A stretch of DNA of 64,000 nucleotides from an uncultured Gammaproteobacteria bacterium (GCA_964483115.1 CAYZZF010000003.1:2772-66771); one strand, 5' to 3'; numbered from the stretch's first letter, positions 19,163 to 29,664 are shown. Numbers and translations are program-made. The notes: generated by a model from the sequence alone, not told the origin.

Positions 19163-19517
19163 CGCGCGACATAAAAAAAGGCAAAGATTGGTCAAAGAAC
19201 TTTTTAAAGAAAGCTTTTATGACCAACCTATAAGTGCAAAGGCTTTAGATATTTTCTCTCAGATTAATTTTCTTAACAAAAATATACAAAAAGCAGCTCC
19301 TCAATTTCCTATAGAAAAAATCAATAAAATTGATTTAGCAGTCCTTCGACTTGCGGTCTATGAGCTTCTTATAGAAAAAAAACAACCGCCAAAAGTAATC
19401 GTTGATGAAGCAATAGAACTTGCTAAAGAATATGGAGGAGAAACAAGTCCTATGTTTGTTAACGGTGTGCTTGGAAACATTATTCAAAATATTTATGAGA
19501 AAACTTCCCAAATTTAA
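19146..19517 (+). CDS. nusB: Transcription antitermination factor NusB
   Basis: IDLAVLRLAVYEL...PPKVIVDEAIELAKEYG..SPMFVNGVL. Confidence 0.95.
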   Translation: MKNPHDARHKKRQRLVKELFKESFYDQPISAKALDIFSQINFLNKNIQKAAPQFPIEKINKIDLAVLRLAVYELLIEKKQPPKVIVDEAIELAKEYGGETSPMFVNGVLGNIIQNIYEKTSQI

Positions 19518-20157
19518 AAATATAAAACTTTTTGAACAGGCTTTTATACATAGATCATATCTTAATGAGGCAAGACAAAAGAATCTTTCTTCAAATGAAC
19601 GCCTTGAATTCCTAGGAGACAGCATCATATCATTTGTGGTTTCTCACAATCTTTACGATATATATCCAAATTTTGATGAAGGCAGACTAACCAATCTGCG
19701 CTCTATGCTTGTTAATACAAAACAACTGGCGCTTACAGCCAAAGAATTGGGATTTGGCAAACTTTTAAAACTTTCGAAAGGGGAAGAAGAATCAAAAGGA
19801 AGAGAAAATGTAAGTCTTCTTGCAGATAGTTTTGAGGCATTTATTGGTGCGCTTTTTCTAGATCAAGGCATCCAGGAGGTTTCAGACTTTTTAAATTCAA
19901 TATTACTGCCTAAAGCAGAAATTTTTGCTAATAAAACTCTAAAAGATCCAAAAAGTCTCTTGCAAGAACTTATTCAGGCCCAAAGACAACAATCTCCAGT
20001 TTATTCGGTTATTAAAGAAAAAGGGCCTCCTCACAACAAAATTTTCACGGTAAGTGTTTCTACAAACAATACTGTTCTAGGTGAAGGGAAAGGTAAATCA
20101 AAACAAGAAGCTGAGAAAAATGCAGCCAAACAAGCACTTGAAATCCTAAAGTCTTGA
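19495..20157 (+). CDS. rnc: Ribonuclease III
   Basis: HRSY, NERLEFLGD, AD.FEA.IGA, dsRBD (DPKS.LQE, GPPH). Confidence 0.97.
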   Translation: MRKLPKFKNIKLFEQAFIHRSYLNEARQKNLSSNERLEFLGDSIISFVVSHNLYDIYPNFDEGRLTNLRSMLVNTKQLALTAKELGFGKLLKLSKGEEESKGRENVSLLADSFEAFIGALFLDQGIQEVSDFLNSILLPKAEIFANKTLKDPKSLLQELIQAQRQQSPVYSVIKEKGPPHNKIFTVSVSTNNTVLGEGKGKSKQEAEKNAAKQALEILKS

Positions 20158-20188
20158 GGGTATTGGCAAATTTTGCTAGAATTGTTTT

Positions 20189-20413
20189 ATGTCACTTGTT
20201 ATAAGATTAAGTAAAACTGGAAAAAAAGGAGAGGCAAAATACAGAATCGTCGTCAAGGAAAGACGAAGTAAAAGAGATGGAAAAGCAATCGAAATACTTG
20301 GATGGTATGAAAAAAGAGAGAGAAAAGTTTTAAAAAAAATAAATGAGAAAAGGTATAGATATTGGAAGTCTCTCGGCGCAAAGCCAAGTACAGCGGTTGA
20401 AAAAATAATTTAA
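20189..20413 (+). CDS. rpsP: 30S ribosomal protein S16
   Basis: IRL...YRIVV...RDG..IE.LGWY. Confidence 0.96.
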   Translation: MSLVIRLSKTGKKGEAKYRIVVKERRSKRDGKAIEILGWYEKRERKVLKKINEKRYRYWKSLGAKPSTAVEKII

Positions 20414-20415
20414 AT

Positions 20416-20655
20416 ATGAAGAAAATTCTCTTTTATATTATCTCCTCGATAGTTGAAAACCCAAAAAAGGTAGACATTCAGGAAGAAGATAATGGGCAAT
20501 TTGTAACTTTTAATGTAGCAGTTGATAAAAATGACATGGGGAAAATAATAGGTAAAAATGGAAGAATCATTCAGGCTATAAGAAATGTATTAAAAATTCC
20601 TGCAATTAAACAAAATAAAAAAATAAATATAGAGCTTTTGGAAAACCCCAATTAA
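20416..20655 (+). CDS. khpA: KH-domain RNA-binding protein
   Basis: DMGKIIGKNGRII.AIR; lies between rpsP and trmD. Confidence 0.9.
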   Translation: MKKILFYIISSIVENPKKVDIQEEDNGQFVTFNVAVDKNDMGKIIGKNGRIIQAIRNVLKIPAIKQNKKINIELLENPN

Positions 20656-20691
20656 ACTATATCATCAATAATCCATCAAAAAAACTTTTAT

Positions 20692-21426
20692 ATGAGAATA
20701 ACAATCTTGACCCTTTTTAAAGAAATGTTTGGAGGACCCTTTGATTATTCAATCGTTAAAAATTCAATAGACAAAGGGGTAATTAATATTGATTATATAA
20801 ATATCAGGGATTTTGGCATAGGAAAGCACAAAATTGTAGACGACAAACCATACGGAGGAGGTAAGGGAATGGTAATAAGAGTCGATGTTTTAAATAAGGC
20901 AATAGAAGCGGCAAAGCAGAAATTCAAAGAAAAAGGCAAAAAAATGAGTCCGAAAAAACAAAAAGTTATTCTCCTTGATCCCGCTGGTTCCACCTTTAAC
21001 CAAAGAAAGGCAGTGGAATTATCGAAACTTTTGCATCTAATACTTCTCTGTGGTCATTATGAAGGAGTTGATGCAAGAATTAGAAGTTTTGTTGACGAAG
21101 TAATATCTATAGGCGATTTTATTCTAACAGGAGGAGAAATACCTGCTATGTTAATAGTTGACAGTGTTGTAAGGCTTGTACCCCATGTATTAACAAGTGA
21201 GGCAGTTAAAAAAGAATCTTTTTCTCCTTATCTTGAACACCCTCAATATACAAGACCGGAAACATATAAAAATCTTAAGGTTCCAAAGGTTTTAATGTCG
21301 GGAAACCACAAAAAAATAGAAGAATGGAGAAAAAAAGAATCCCTTAAAATAACTCTAAAAAATAGACCTGATTTAATTAAAAGGGGGACGCGGCTGAAGA
21401 CGCGGAAGGAGAGGAAGAAGAAGTAG
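20692..21426 (+). CDS. trmD: tRNA (guanine37-N1)-methyltransferase
   Basis: DDKPYGGG.GM, LCGHYEGVD, SIGDFILTGGE, PQYTRP. Confidence 0.98.
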   Translation: MRITILTLFKEMFGGPFDYSIVKNSIDKGVINIDYINIRDFGIGKHKIVDDKPYGGGKGMVIRVDVLNKAIEAAKQKFKEKGKKMSPKKQKVILLDPAGSTFNQRKAVELSKLLHLILLCGHYEGVDARIRSFVDEVISIGDFILTGGEIPAMLIVDSVVRLVPHVLTSEAVKKESFSPYLEHPQYTRPETYKNLKVPKVLMSGNHKKIEEWRKKESLKITLKNRPDLIKRGTRLKTRKERKKK

Positions 21427-22099
21427 CTATAATACTTGGCGTCAGGTTGGAGTTCCAAAAAGAAAGTTCTGAGATAAGTTTAAGCCCCTCTGAGGAAATA
21501 GTAGTTATAGGCTCATCATTTTTTAATCCAGCTCTCCTCATTGGTTTATAATAAAATAATATTGTAATTGATGAAAAATTATTGCTTTCACTAATAGTTA
21601 TAACTTCTGATAGGGGAAGTGTTTTGTAAAGTTCATTTAGAAAAGAAACAGTCTTTTTTGGATCTGCTTTAATATTCAAAGACAACTTGAGGAAAGGAAA
21701 ACCCGAAACATTAATAGAGGTTTGTGATAAATCGCCCACTTGAAAATCGTAATCTGAAAGCGAAACACCAGATTTAATTGCTGCAAGCGATATGGCATTA
21801 AGAATTCCTTCAAAATCTTTACCAGCGGGTAGAGCAGAGGACACAAGATTAAACTGCGAATCAAGAGTAGAATCAGATAGATTAGAAAGGAAATTTAGAT
21901 TATTTTGAAGAGTTATAAGCCTTTTATTTTCGCTTTTTGCGTTTTTGCTAAGCACCACCAACTCACGAATTCTTGGTATAATTACAGTCAAAAAAAGAAT
22001 TAAACAAACTAAAATTATAAATATAAATAAAATGTGCTCCCTATACTTAGCATAGATAATTTTGAGTGTATTAATATCTACGTTTAATTTTTCATTCAT
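21377..22099 (-). CDS. PilO-like type IV pilus assembly protein
   Basis: TM plus coiled coil plus ALP...SGV fold; follows pilM and pilN-like genes. Confidence 0.75.
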   Translation of the reverse strand: MNEKLNVDINTLKIIYAKYREHILFIFIILVCLILFLTVIIPRIRELVVLSKNAKSENKRLITLQNNLNFLSNLSDSTLDSQFNLVSSALPAGKDFEGILNAISLAAIKSGVSLSDYDFQVGDLSQTSINVSGFPFLKLSLNIKADPKKTVSFLNELYKTLPLSEVITISESNNFSSITILFYYKPMRRAGLKNDEPITTISSEGLKLISELSFWNSNLTPSIIATSSSSPSASSAASPF

Positions 22100-22632
22100 A
22101 ATATATCGGTAGTTACAGAAAGAGAGTAAGTGCCATTTTGCACATTAGCCGTGAGAGTATCAACTGTAATATCTTTGATTATTTGTTTTTTTTTTGCCAT
22201 ATCTATTAAATTGTTTAAGAAATTGTTTATCAAAAGCAGAGAGTTTGAAGAAACAACAAGTGTAACTTTACTTTTGTCAATAGATATAGAATTTATTGAA
22301 ACTCCGTCTGGCACCTTCTTAAGAAAAGTGTTTATTGTGATATCATAATTTTGCCTATTCTTTATAATTTCTGAAATACCATCTAGTCTATCTTTTATAA
22401 TAGCCAGTTTTGCTTGTTTCTGTTGTAAAAATGACATATTATAAAACAGTTCATTTTCCTTCTTCTTAATTCGGGCTGGGGACAGTTGCTCACTTAAAAA
22501 AAATAAGAGAATTGATATGACTAAAACAGCTGTAAGAGAACTTAGCGCTAATGTCTTCAGAATTTTTAGCGTTCCTAAAGATTTTTCAGTATCGATCTGG
22601 GCAGGCGGAAGAAGATTTATATCATTTTTCAT
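22096..22632 (-). CDS. PilN-like type IV pilus assembly protein
   Basis: N-terminal INLLP motif, TM, VPDGVSI. Confidence 0.85.
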   Translation of the reverse strand: MKNDINLLPPAQIDTEKSLGTLKILKTLALSSLTAVLVISILLFFLSEQLSPARIKKKENELFYNMSFLQQKQAKLAIIKDRLDGISEIIKNRQNYDITINTFLKKVPDGVSINSISIDKSKVTLVVSSNSLLLINNFLNNLIDMAKKKQIIKDITVDTLTANVQNGTYSLSVTTDIL

Positions 22633-23662
22633 AATCCCTCATCGCCAGTCCTACGGCGATAGTATACTCTGGTGCGTCATCAAGAATCTCTCTAGGTAAT
22701 TCTTGATTTCTAAGTATTTTCCATGGATTAGCAATAACAGTCTCGATATTTACTTTATTTGTAAAAAACAAATCTATTCCAGGAAGTTTTGCTGTTCCTC
22801 CCGAAAGGATTATCTGTCTTATCGGTTTATCTCCTTTATATTTTTCAGAATAAAATGCCAGTGCTTTCCTAACCTCGGCTAATATAGAATCAAGGATTGG
22901 CTCTGTAGCCTTTCCAATTTTCCCTCCAAATATCCCCGTAGAAACTCCGTAACTTTTTTTATATTCTTCGGCCTGTTTTTGCGTAAGTCCAAAATCTGCT
23001 TCAATCGCTCGGTTAATGGCAGAACCTCCGACAGGAATTGAATAGATAAAAATCATAACATTATCCCTTACAATCGCAAGTGCCGTACTGGCTGATCCAA
23101 TATTGACAATAAGAGACGTAGGAAAATTGTCACTTGTGACCAATGCTCTTATAGTTGCCAATATCTGAGTTTCTATTGCATTTATTGTAAGTCCGGCCAT
23201 CGACAAAATTTTCTGATATTTATTTATAAGAAGGGTTGGTGACCCAACTATCAAAATCTGCATTTTTTCTTCCATTATGGCTTGCGGCGGTCTTTTTAGC
23301 ACACTCCAAGCTAGTTTAACTGATGACAGAGGTACAGGAATATGTCGTTCAGCTTCCCAATAGATAGCAGAGGAAAGTTCTTTATCGGATAATACCGGCA
23401 TTTCTATAACATTTGTATATACCTGGTTCTCCGCAAGAGCAATGTTTACATACTTTGTGGTAATCTTGGCTTCATCAATACTTCTTACCAAAGCTCTGGC
23501 CATTTCTTCTTCATCAAGAGGAGACTCTGATAACATCCCTTTTGGAGGAGCTGGGGTGATAAGAGATGCATCAAGTATAAATTCCTCCTTTTGATAAGAT
23601 AACCAAACAATTTTGATAGTTGATACACCGATATCAAGGCCGAAAGGTCTTTTATTCATCAT
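22622..23662 (-). CDS. pilM: Type IV pilus assembly protein PilM
   Basis: GLDIG, LSGGTAKLPG, NPW, AVGLAMR actin-like fold. Confidence 0.95.
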   Translation of the reverse strand: MMNKRPFGLDIGVSTIKIVWLSYQKEEFILDASLITPAPPKGMLSESPLDEEEMARALVRSIDEAKITTKYVNIALAENQVYTNVIEMPVLSDKELSSAIYWEAERHIPVPLSSVKLAWSVLKRPPQAIMEEKMQILIVGSPTLLINKYQKILSMAGLTINAIETQILATIRALVTSDNFPTSLIVNIGSASTALAIVRDNVMIFIYSIPVGGSAINRAIEADFGLTQKQAEEYKKSYGVSTGIFGGKIGKATEPILDSILAEVRKALAFYSEKYKGDKPIRQIILSGGTAKLPGIDLFFTNKVNIETVIANPWKILRNQELPREILDDAPEYTIAVGLAMRDYEK

Positions 23663-23667
23663 GAGCT

Positions 23668-24498
23668 TTATCTTGGCGAAAAAATTCCGTATGTAAAATA
23701 CTCGGCAGGAAGCTGAGGAAAGCTTTGAAAAACATTAACCTTACGCGTTACAATATTGCCTGATGTACCAGATGTCCCGATTGATGAAATCATAGAACCC
23801 TGAGAATAAAAAGCTGTAGTAGTACTGCTTGCTCCTATATAAGTATTCGTGTATATAGGAATAACCCTTGCAATTAAACCCGAAGTGACGCTAATTGTTG
23901 CTGAATAGGGGAAACTTTTGCCACCTGCAGTTCCGCTTCCCGAAGTTGAGCTAAAACGATTAGAATTTGCTCTTGTAATGCAGGGATCATATGCATACCG
24001 GGTAAGTGTCTGCGAGGTTTGTGTTCCTGAGATAACTATTATCTCCAAAGCTGCAGGCACATTATTAGGATTATTACAATTGCCCGAAGTATTTCCCCAA
24101 TAGATAGTTAAATTACTTGGACCACTAGGGGACCATGGTTTAGTATAATCGGGGTTATTGCCATTATGCGGAACAAGCCACAAGTCAACGCCTTCATCTT
24201 GCGGTACGAGATTGCCTCCATTTAGTAAGATGCTTGTGCCGCCAACCGCAGCTATATCTGTAGTGTAGCTCGTATTATTAGAGAATGTGCTGCTGAGTCC
24301 TGTACTTGATTGAAGTTGTCGTTGAATTCCAGCTTCGGCAGCAGACAGAGCTTTTGCGGAATCTGCCTCCTCTGTTGATATTTTAAGATTAGTTATACTT
24401 CTGGAGATTACCGATAAACCAACTGTAAGAGAAACAACCATTATCAAAACAACTATCAGAAGGATTTGTCCTTTTTGCTTATATTTCATACTATCCAT
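23668..24498 (-). CDS. PilX-like minor pilin
   Basis: KG-QILLIVV class III signal lacking E5; A..AAEAGI. Confidence 0.8.
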   Translation of the reverse strand: MDSMKYKQKGQILLIVVLIMVVSLTVGLSVISRSITNLKISTEEADSAKALSAAEAGIQRQLQSSTGLSSTFSNNTSYTTDIAAVGGTSILLNGGNLVPQDEGVDLWLVPHNGNNPDYTKPWSPSGPSNLTIYWGNTSGNCNNPNNVPAALEIIVISGTQTSQTLTRYAYDPCITRANSNRFSSTSGSGTAGGKSFPYSATISVTSGLIARVIPIYTNTYIGASSTTTAFYSQGSMISSIGTSGTSGNIVTRKVNVFQSFPQLPAEYFTYGIFSPR

Positions 24499-24572
24499 TA
24501 TAATTTTAGCGTATCAATCATTTTTACTGGTGTCAACCCCGTTTGATGAGTGCAATCCCATGTAGCGTCGGG

Positions 24573-26078
24573 TTAAAAATTTCTCATAGTCACTGACGTT
24601 TGAAATGGGATAGATGCTTTTTTCTCGAAAAAATTACTTGAGGTCTTACTAGAAAGAGTAAAATTTATCCCAATTATTGGAGGGGAAACAATATTATCTT
24701 GAGAACAAGTAAAAAAACAGGAATCAACAGAAACAGAATTATTAGTATCTACGAGATTGGCTCCGTTTGATGCAATTTGGCCATTGGGAGAACGCTGAGA
24801 AGAATCTAAGCAGGAAAAGATTGTAGTTCCTCTGTCAAAAGAAGTTATTTTTACATAATTGTATTGAATTAGAGGCGGGGTTGGAGTAGGGGATGGAGCT
24901 GGAGTAGGAGATGGGGTTGGACCAGGCGTAAAAGTAGCGGTTGGTGTGGGTGTGGGGGCCGCAGGGTTTATTGAAACTCCTCCAATTGCCCAATAGCGAG
25001 AGAATGAAAATGTCCATGACATTGTTACAGAATCTGCTCCAGGTTTTGTACTAGAGGCTCCTAATTCAACGCTACTGGCTACCGTGTTCCATAATTGAGT
25101 TTGACCAGAACCAACAGTAGGAGAACTAGAACTGTAAGCTGCAAGATTATCCTCAACTACTGCTCCTGTTTTACTTACAACATTAACAGAGGGATTTTTA
25201 CTATAACCAGAGGCAGTTGTATAGTTACTAAGAGGGGCTGTTTGATCAACTCCTGACCAGCTTGTAGCTCCTCCCACAGGATAGACGTAAGTTGAAAAGT
25301 TTACTTTAATTGTAGCGGTGCCGCTTGTGGGATTAATAAGATACCACATTTCTGATTGGTCTTGATTGATATCCTTTATCCCACCTATTCTTGTAAGAGA
25401 TGCTGTTCCATAAGTTATACTAGTTATGGAAGTGGAACTTCCATAAAAGGAGACACTAACCAAGAGAAGCCTATTGCTGTTCGAACCTACTGTATGGTTC
25501 CAGCTAAGAGATTTTGCATATGAACCAGCCGTATAAGATTTTGCATCAAGAGTTGGAGAAGCAGCTGCAACAGCTTCTTTTATTGGCGATTTTTCAAACT
25601 TAGGAATTAAGTCTTCTAACTTTGAAAATAAACTTGACGTTTTTTCTTTGCCTAGGCTGACAAATCCCTGAATAAACTCAGCAATTTTCGAAAAAAAACT
25701 TTCTTTTTTGCGAATGATAATAGGTGAATAAGAAAGAGGATAACTGCAATCTGCAGTGTAGTTAACTCCGTCAGTGCTTACTCCGTCAAAGTTTTGGGCA
25801 TATTGTATCATCTTTCCCATTTGTGAAATCGCACTATTACCATTTCTTCTAACAATATCTATAGTATTTGTTTTACTTGTTCCACGAAGAGAGGAAACTA
25901 AAATAGCTGAGACAACCGCACCTACAGTAAGGATGACAAACATCACAACCAAAAGCTCGATTAAGGTGAATCCTGCTCGCCGCCGGCTCGAGTTTAAAGT
26001 TAAAAGTTTAAAGTTAAAAGTTAATAAAGAAGGGGGACTAAAATTTTTAATTTTGGATTTTAATTTTGAGTTTTGCAT
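24573..26078 (-). CDS. Large minor pilin with internal beta-rich domain and PT linker
   Basis: GFTLIELLVV motif; S/T-rich domain; PTPTP linker; Cys-containing pilin-like C-terminus. Confidence 0.85.
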   Translation of the reverse strand: MQNSKLKSKIKNFSPPSLLTFNFKLLTLNSSRRRAGFTLIELLVVMFVILTVGAVVSAILVSSLRGTSKTNTIDIVRRNGNSAISQMGKMIQYAQNFDGVSTDGVNYTADCSYPLSYSPIIIRKKESFFSKIAEFIQGFVSLGKEKTSSLFSKLEDLIPKFEKSPIKEAVAAASPTLDAKSYTAGSYAKSLSWNHTVGSNSNRLLLVSVSFYGSSTSITSITYGTASLTRIGGIKDINQDQSEMWYLINPTSGTATIKVNFSTYVYPVGGATSWSGVDQTAPLSNYTTASGYSKNPSVNVVSKTGAVVEDNLAAYSSSSPTVGSGQTQLWNTVASSVELGASSTKPGADSVTMSWTFSFSRYWAIGGVSINPAAPTPTPTATFTPGPTPSPTPAPSPTPTPPLIQYNYVKITSFDRGTTIFSCLDSSQRSPNGQIASNGANLVDTNNSVSVDSCFFTCSQDNIVSPPIIGINFTLSSKTSSNFFEKKASIPFQTSVTMRNF

Positions 26079-26093
26079 TTTAAATTTTGAATT

Positions 26094-26573
26094 TTATGGC
26101 GCTGTCACACTTGAATTATTGTTAACACAAGAAACAATTTTTATCTGGTGACAAAATGGATTTGAAACGCTTGTGCATTTGGTGTCTGACCAAGACACCA
26201 ATGCTGTTATTAATGCCCCAGTACTTGAACAGTCCATAGATTTTTGTGAAATATCAATTTCTCTTACGAAAAGATTATCAATATTTGTACCGCAGCTAAT
26301 TCCTTTCTGAGTAAGGTCTCTATTTTTATCAAGACAATAATAAGTATTATCGTAGGTTGAAAAATCTGCCCAATTAGATTGAGCAAGTTTTCTAATTATC
26401 TCTATTCCTTCCTGAGCGTATTGTGTAGCCACGTTTTGATTCTTGCTAAATTGGACATTGGTGAGAGATGACATGACAATAATTACTATTGCAGCAATTA
26501 TAACTGTGGCTGTCCCCAATGCTATCAAAACCTCAATCAATGTCTGTCCAATTTGTGAGCTGTTCTTTTTCAT
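26094..26573 (-). CDS. Minor pilin (PilV-like)
   Basis: GQTLIEVLIA...ATQYAQEGIE. Confidence 0.88.
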   Translation of the reverse strand: MKKNSSQIGQTLIEVLIALGTATVIIAAIVIIVMSSLTNVQFSKNQNVATQYAQEGIEIIRKLAQSNWADFSTYDNTYYCLDKNRDLTQKGISCGTNIDNLFVREIDISQKSMDCSSTGALITALVSWSDTKCTSVSNPFCHQIKIVSCVNNNSSVTAP

Positions 26574-27064
26574 CGAATATTCCCTGATGGATCAACTGTT
26601 ATATTGCTTGTATAACCATACCCTGTTACGCTAATTGTAATACCTGAAGATGGAGAAACTCCACCGGTAATAACATTAAAAAAAATAGTCGTTGGTAGTT
26701 GTATTGGATTAGTTATGCTAACATTTGGAGGAAGATTTACGGTTGAAGCTGGATATTTACCTATTGAGGAAACAGCATCTAGTTCATAACTGGTAGATGA
26801 TAATATAACTACTTGATATCCATTAAGCACGCAGGTGGGTACAGACGCGCACTGACTTGGTTTAACTTGATTTGAAGCACGGGATTTTGCAAGACTTAAC
26901 ATAGTTGCTAAATTATTTGCAGCAGAATTAACAGTTTGTAAACGATTGTAATTTACAAATGAGGCAATTCCGACAATTGATAAAATCGCAATAACAGAAA
27001 TGACAACGATCAGTTCGATAAAAGTAAATCCTTCTGAAGACTTTTTATGGATTAGTAAGAACAT
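26570..27064 (-). CDS. Minor pilin (FimT/FimU-like)
   Basis: GFTFIELIVV...LSLAKSRA; ATG at 27064 preferred. Confidence 0.88.
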   Translation of the reverse strand: MFLLIHKKSSEGFTFIELIVVISVIAILSIVGIASFVNYNRLQTVNSAANNLATMLSLAKSRASNQVKPSQCASVPTCVLNGYQVVILSSTSYELDAVSSIGKYPASTVNLPPNVSITNPIQLPTTIFFNVITGGVSPSSGITISVTGYGYTSNITVDPSGNIR

Positions 27065-27527
27065 AATAATAGTTACTATTGCATCCTGTTCCGCTTCCGT
27101 CCGGAGACGTAGTTGTGCCTTGAGAATCATTGGTGTTTTCAAGACACGCGCCTAGAATATAAGTTATGCCATCATTGCTTGAGTAATAGTACATACCGCT
27201 ATTATAATAAGAACTTCCGTTGGGATCACAAGGAATTTTTTGCATATAAGTGGTGGGTGGACTTCCGGCAGTCATAGCAGATCCACAGGCAGGTAGCGAT
27301 GATGGATAGCTTCCCTCATCCGCTCTGTAAAATTCCAGTGCTGACTGTATCTGACGAAGGTCAGACTTTCTTTGACTATCTCTTGCTCTCTGCCGAACGC
27401 CAATAAAATTTACAAAAAGAATACTCGCCAAAACTCCGATAATTGCAATAACAACCAAAAGCTCAATTAGAGTGAATCCTCCGTTGAGATTTGAGATTTG
27501 AGATTTGAGATTTGAGATTTTCTTCAT
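27045..27527 (-). CDS. Type IV pilin (GspG-like)
   Basis: GFTLIELLVVIAIIG...RARDSQRKSDL..IQSALE.Y. Confidence 0.92.
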   Translation of the reverse strand: MKKISNLKSQISNLNGGFTLIELLVVIAIIGVLASILFVNFIGVRQRARDSQRKSDLRQIQSALEFYRADEGSYPSSLPACGSAMTAGSPPTTYMQKIPCDPNGSSYYNSGMYYYSSNDGITYILGACLENTNDSQGTTTSPDGSGTGCNSNYYYVLTNP

Positions 27528-28138
27528 GGTGTTACATTTGAACTTGTTGCTCCATAATTACAAATATAACTCGAGGAGGATCCACAGTAAACACCGACTG
27601 GAACATTAGTACATTGTGCTCCTTGATTGCACGCCTGAGGATCTTGTGCGCCTCGCTCTAAAGATGTATAAAGATAGTATGATTGCGCTCCTGTTGTAGG
27701 AGAGGAGTAATACACGTAATTTTGTGAAGAAAGTGGATCATTGGGAACAGAATTTATGTATGGACTAAAATTAGTGGTAGAAAGAGTTGATCCCCAAACT
27801 ACACAATTTCCATCCAACCTTTTTATTCTAAAATCAGTAGCTGTACACTGAGGAGGATAATACCCAAAATCGTTGTAGTATGTCTCTAATGCCCTTTGAA
27901 TTTGCGCCAGATCTGATTTTCGCTGAGCATCTCTTGCTTTCATCAATTGCCCCACTGGGTTTATAATTGTAAACAAAAAGACTGCCATAATCCCCAGTAT
28001 CGCTATTACCAATAACAGCTCAACTAGGGTAAAACCATAAAAATTATTTTTTCTGAAAGAAAGTAGCTTAAAAAGGTTCCAAGAGCCAAAAATGGGCCGA
28101 AAGGAATTGTTGCGATTTTTAACCTCTTTTTCTTCCAC
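27524..28138 (-). CDS. Type IV pilin (GspG-like)
   Basis: GFTLVELLLVIAILG...KARDAQRKSDL; start uncertain, overlaps the peptidase 3' end. Confidence 0.88.
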   Translation of the reverse strand: MEEKEVKNRNNSFRPIFGSWNLFKLLSFRKNNFYGFTLVELLLVIAILGIMAVFLFTIINPVGQLMKARDAQRKSDLAQIQRALETYYNDFGYYPPQCTATDFRIKRLDGNCVVWGSTLSTTNFSPYINSVPNDPLSSQNYVYYSSPTTGAQSYYLYTSLERGAQDPQACNQGAQCTNVPVGVYCGSSSSYICNYGATSSNVTP

Positions 28139-28818
28139 ATAATTAGTATGAGGCCAGCAACTGCTCCTGTCAAGAAGGCTATATATAAAGCTATGATAAT
28201 CTTTGGAAATCCTAGCAGCAATCCCAAAAAAAAGACAAGTTTAACATCTCCTAAACCCATCCCTCTACCTTTGGTAATAAAGTATAAAAATAAAAAGAAT
28301 AGAAACACACCAATTGAGGAGACAATATTAGATATCAAGATATTAGAATGTAAGAATATTAAGTAAAGAAAGGAGATCGCAATTGCTGGGTAAACAATTT
28401 TATCTGGGATAATGCCATATTTAAGATCGGTAAAAAAAATTACTATCAAAGAGGAAACAATAAACCAATAATACAGGGCATCAATCATATACTTGATAGT
28501 TAACACTTGATACCCAATACTTATTTGGGGTAATAGATAAACAGCCGATATAAATAAAACTGCCGTTATTAATTCGACAATGGGATAATAAACGGAGATA
28601 GAAGAGTGACAAAGCCTACATTTACCTCTTAGAAGAAAAAATGAAAGAATGGGAATCATATCAAACCAGACAAGTTTTTTTCTGCACTTGTCACAATACG
28701 ATCTTCCTTTAAAAGGGGACTCATCATTCGGAAGACGATCAATAAGAACATTTAAAAAGCTCCCTACTGCAAGACCTAGAATGAATGATAAAGAAATGAA
28801 TGATAAAGAAAACAACAC
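28024..28818 (-). CDS. pilD: Prepilin peptidase
   Basis: GSFLNV.IDRLP, CxxC...CxxC, TDL, GMGLGDVKL, PFGPFL. Confidence 0.96.
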   Translation of the reverse strand: MLFSLSFISLSFILGLAVGSFLNVLIDRLPNDESPFKGRSYCDKCRKKLVWFDMIPILSFFLLRGKCRLCHSSISVYYPIVELITAVLFISAVYLLPQISIGYQVLTIKYMIDALYYWFIVSSLIVIFFTDLKYGIIPDKIVYPAIAISFLYLIFLHSNILISNIVSSIGVFLFFLFLYFITKGRGMGLGDVKLVFFLGLLLGFPKIIIALYIAFLTGAVAGLILIMWKKKRLKIATIPFGPFLALGTFLSYFLSEKIIFMVLP

Positions 28819-28920
28819 TATTTATAGAATAGCATAAAACAATACAGTCAAAACAAAAACAGCTTAAATAATATGAATACTATAATATGAGTACTATAGT
28901 GTACTATTATATTTTTGAAT

Positions 28921-28978
28921 GTAGCGAGTCTGTTTCACCTTAGTCTGTTTCACCTTCCAAGTGAAATAGCTTCGCTAC
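28921..28978. repeat. REP-like palindrome flanking RAYT (left)
   Basis: GTAGCGA...TCGCTAC outer stem; CTGTTTCACCTTCCAAGTGAAA core; 15-bp tandem duplication. Confidence 0.7.
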
Positions 28979-28998
28979 CTGTTACTATCTTAAGAAAC

Positions 28999-29664
28999 TT
29001 ACTCTAAAACTAGATGTTTTATTTCTTCTAATCTTCTTCCGTAATCAATATTATCCAAAAGAAATTCCTTATAATCATCTAATGTTTTGAATTGCTCAAG
29101 GATTGTATCAGCTAGAACCAAACCAGATCTTCCTGCTAAAAAATCTGGTAATGATGACCATGAATAAGATAATAAATCCTGCTCATCAACGACGGTTGAA
29201 ACAACTGGGTTCAAATGAATATACCGGGAAACATGCAATAATTGCTCATTGGATTCTATATGAGAGGATTTAAATACACCTTGAAATACAGGTCCAATTC
29301 TATTGTATTTAGTATTGAAATATTTAGTATAGCTATTCGTAAATTTACTAAGAAATGTAGAGATTCCTTTGTCTTTAGTTTGTCTTAGAAGAAAATGGAA
29401 ATGATTCGGCATAAAAACAAAAGAAATTATTTCAACAAATTTTTCGCTTTTTTCCATATCCGAAATTATTCGATTGCGTTCTTCTTGAGAAAACTTCTTA
29501 AATCTCGAAAGCCTCACAGGCGGAGAAATAAAACGGTAATAGGATAGTGTTAGAAGAGCTTGTTTATAATCATTTTTGTTTAAAAATGTCGGTTGACGCG
29601 CAACTCCACGATTAAAAATATGATAATATTCTTCATTTACTAAAGGGGTAGATCTGTAAGACAC
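28999..29664 (-). mobile_element. REP-associated tyrosine transposase (RAYT, IS200/Y1 HUH family)
   Basis: YYHIFNRG, MPNHFH (HUH), YIHLNPV, YSWSS. Confidence 0.92.
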
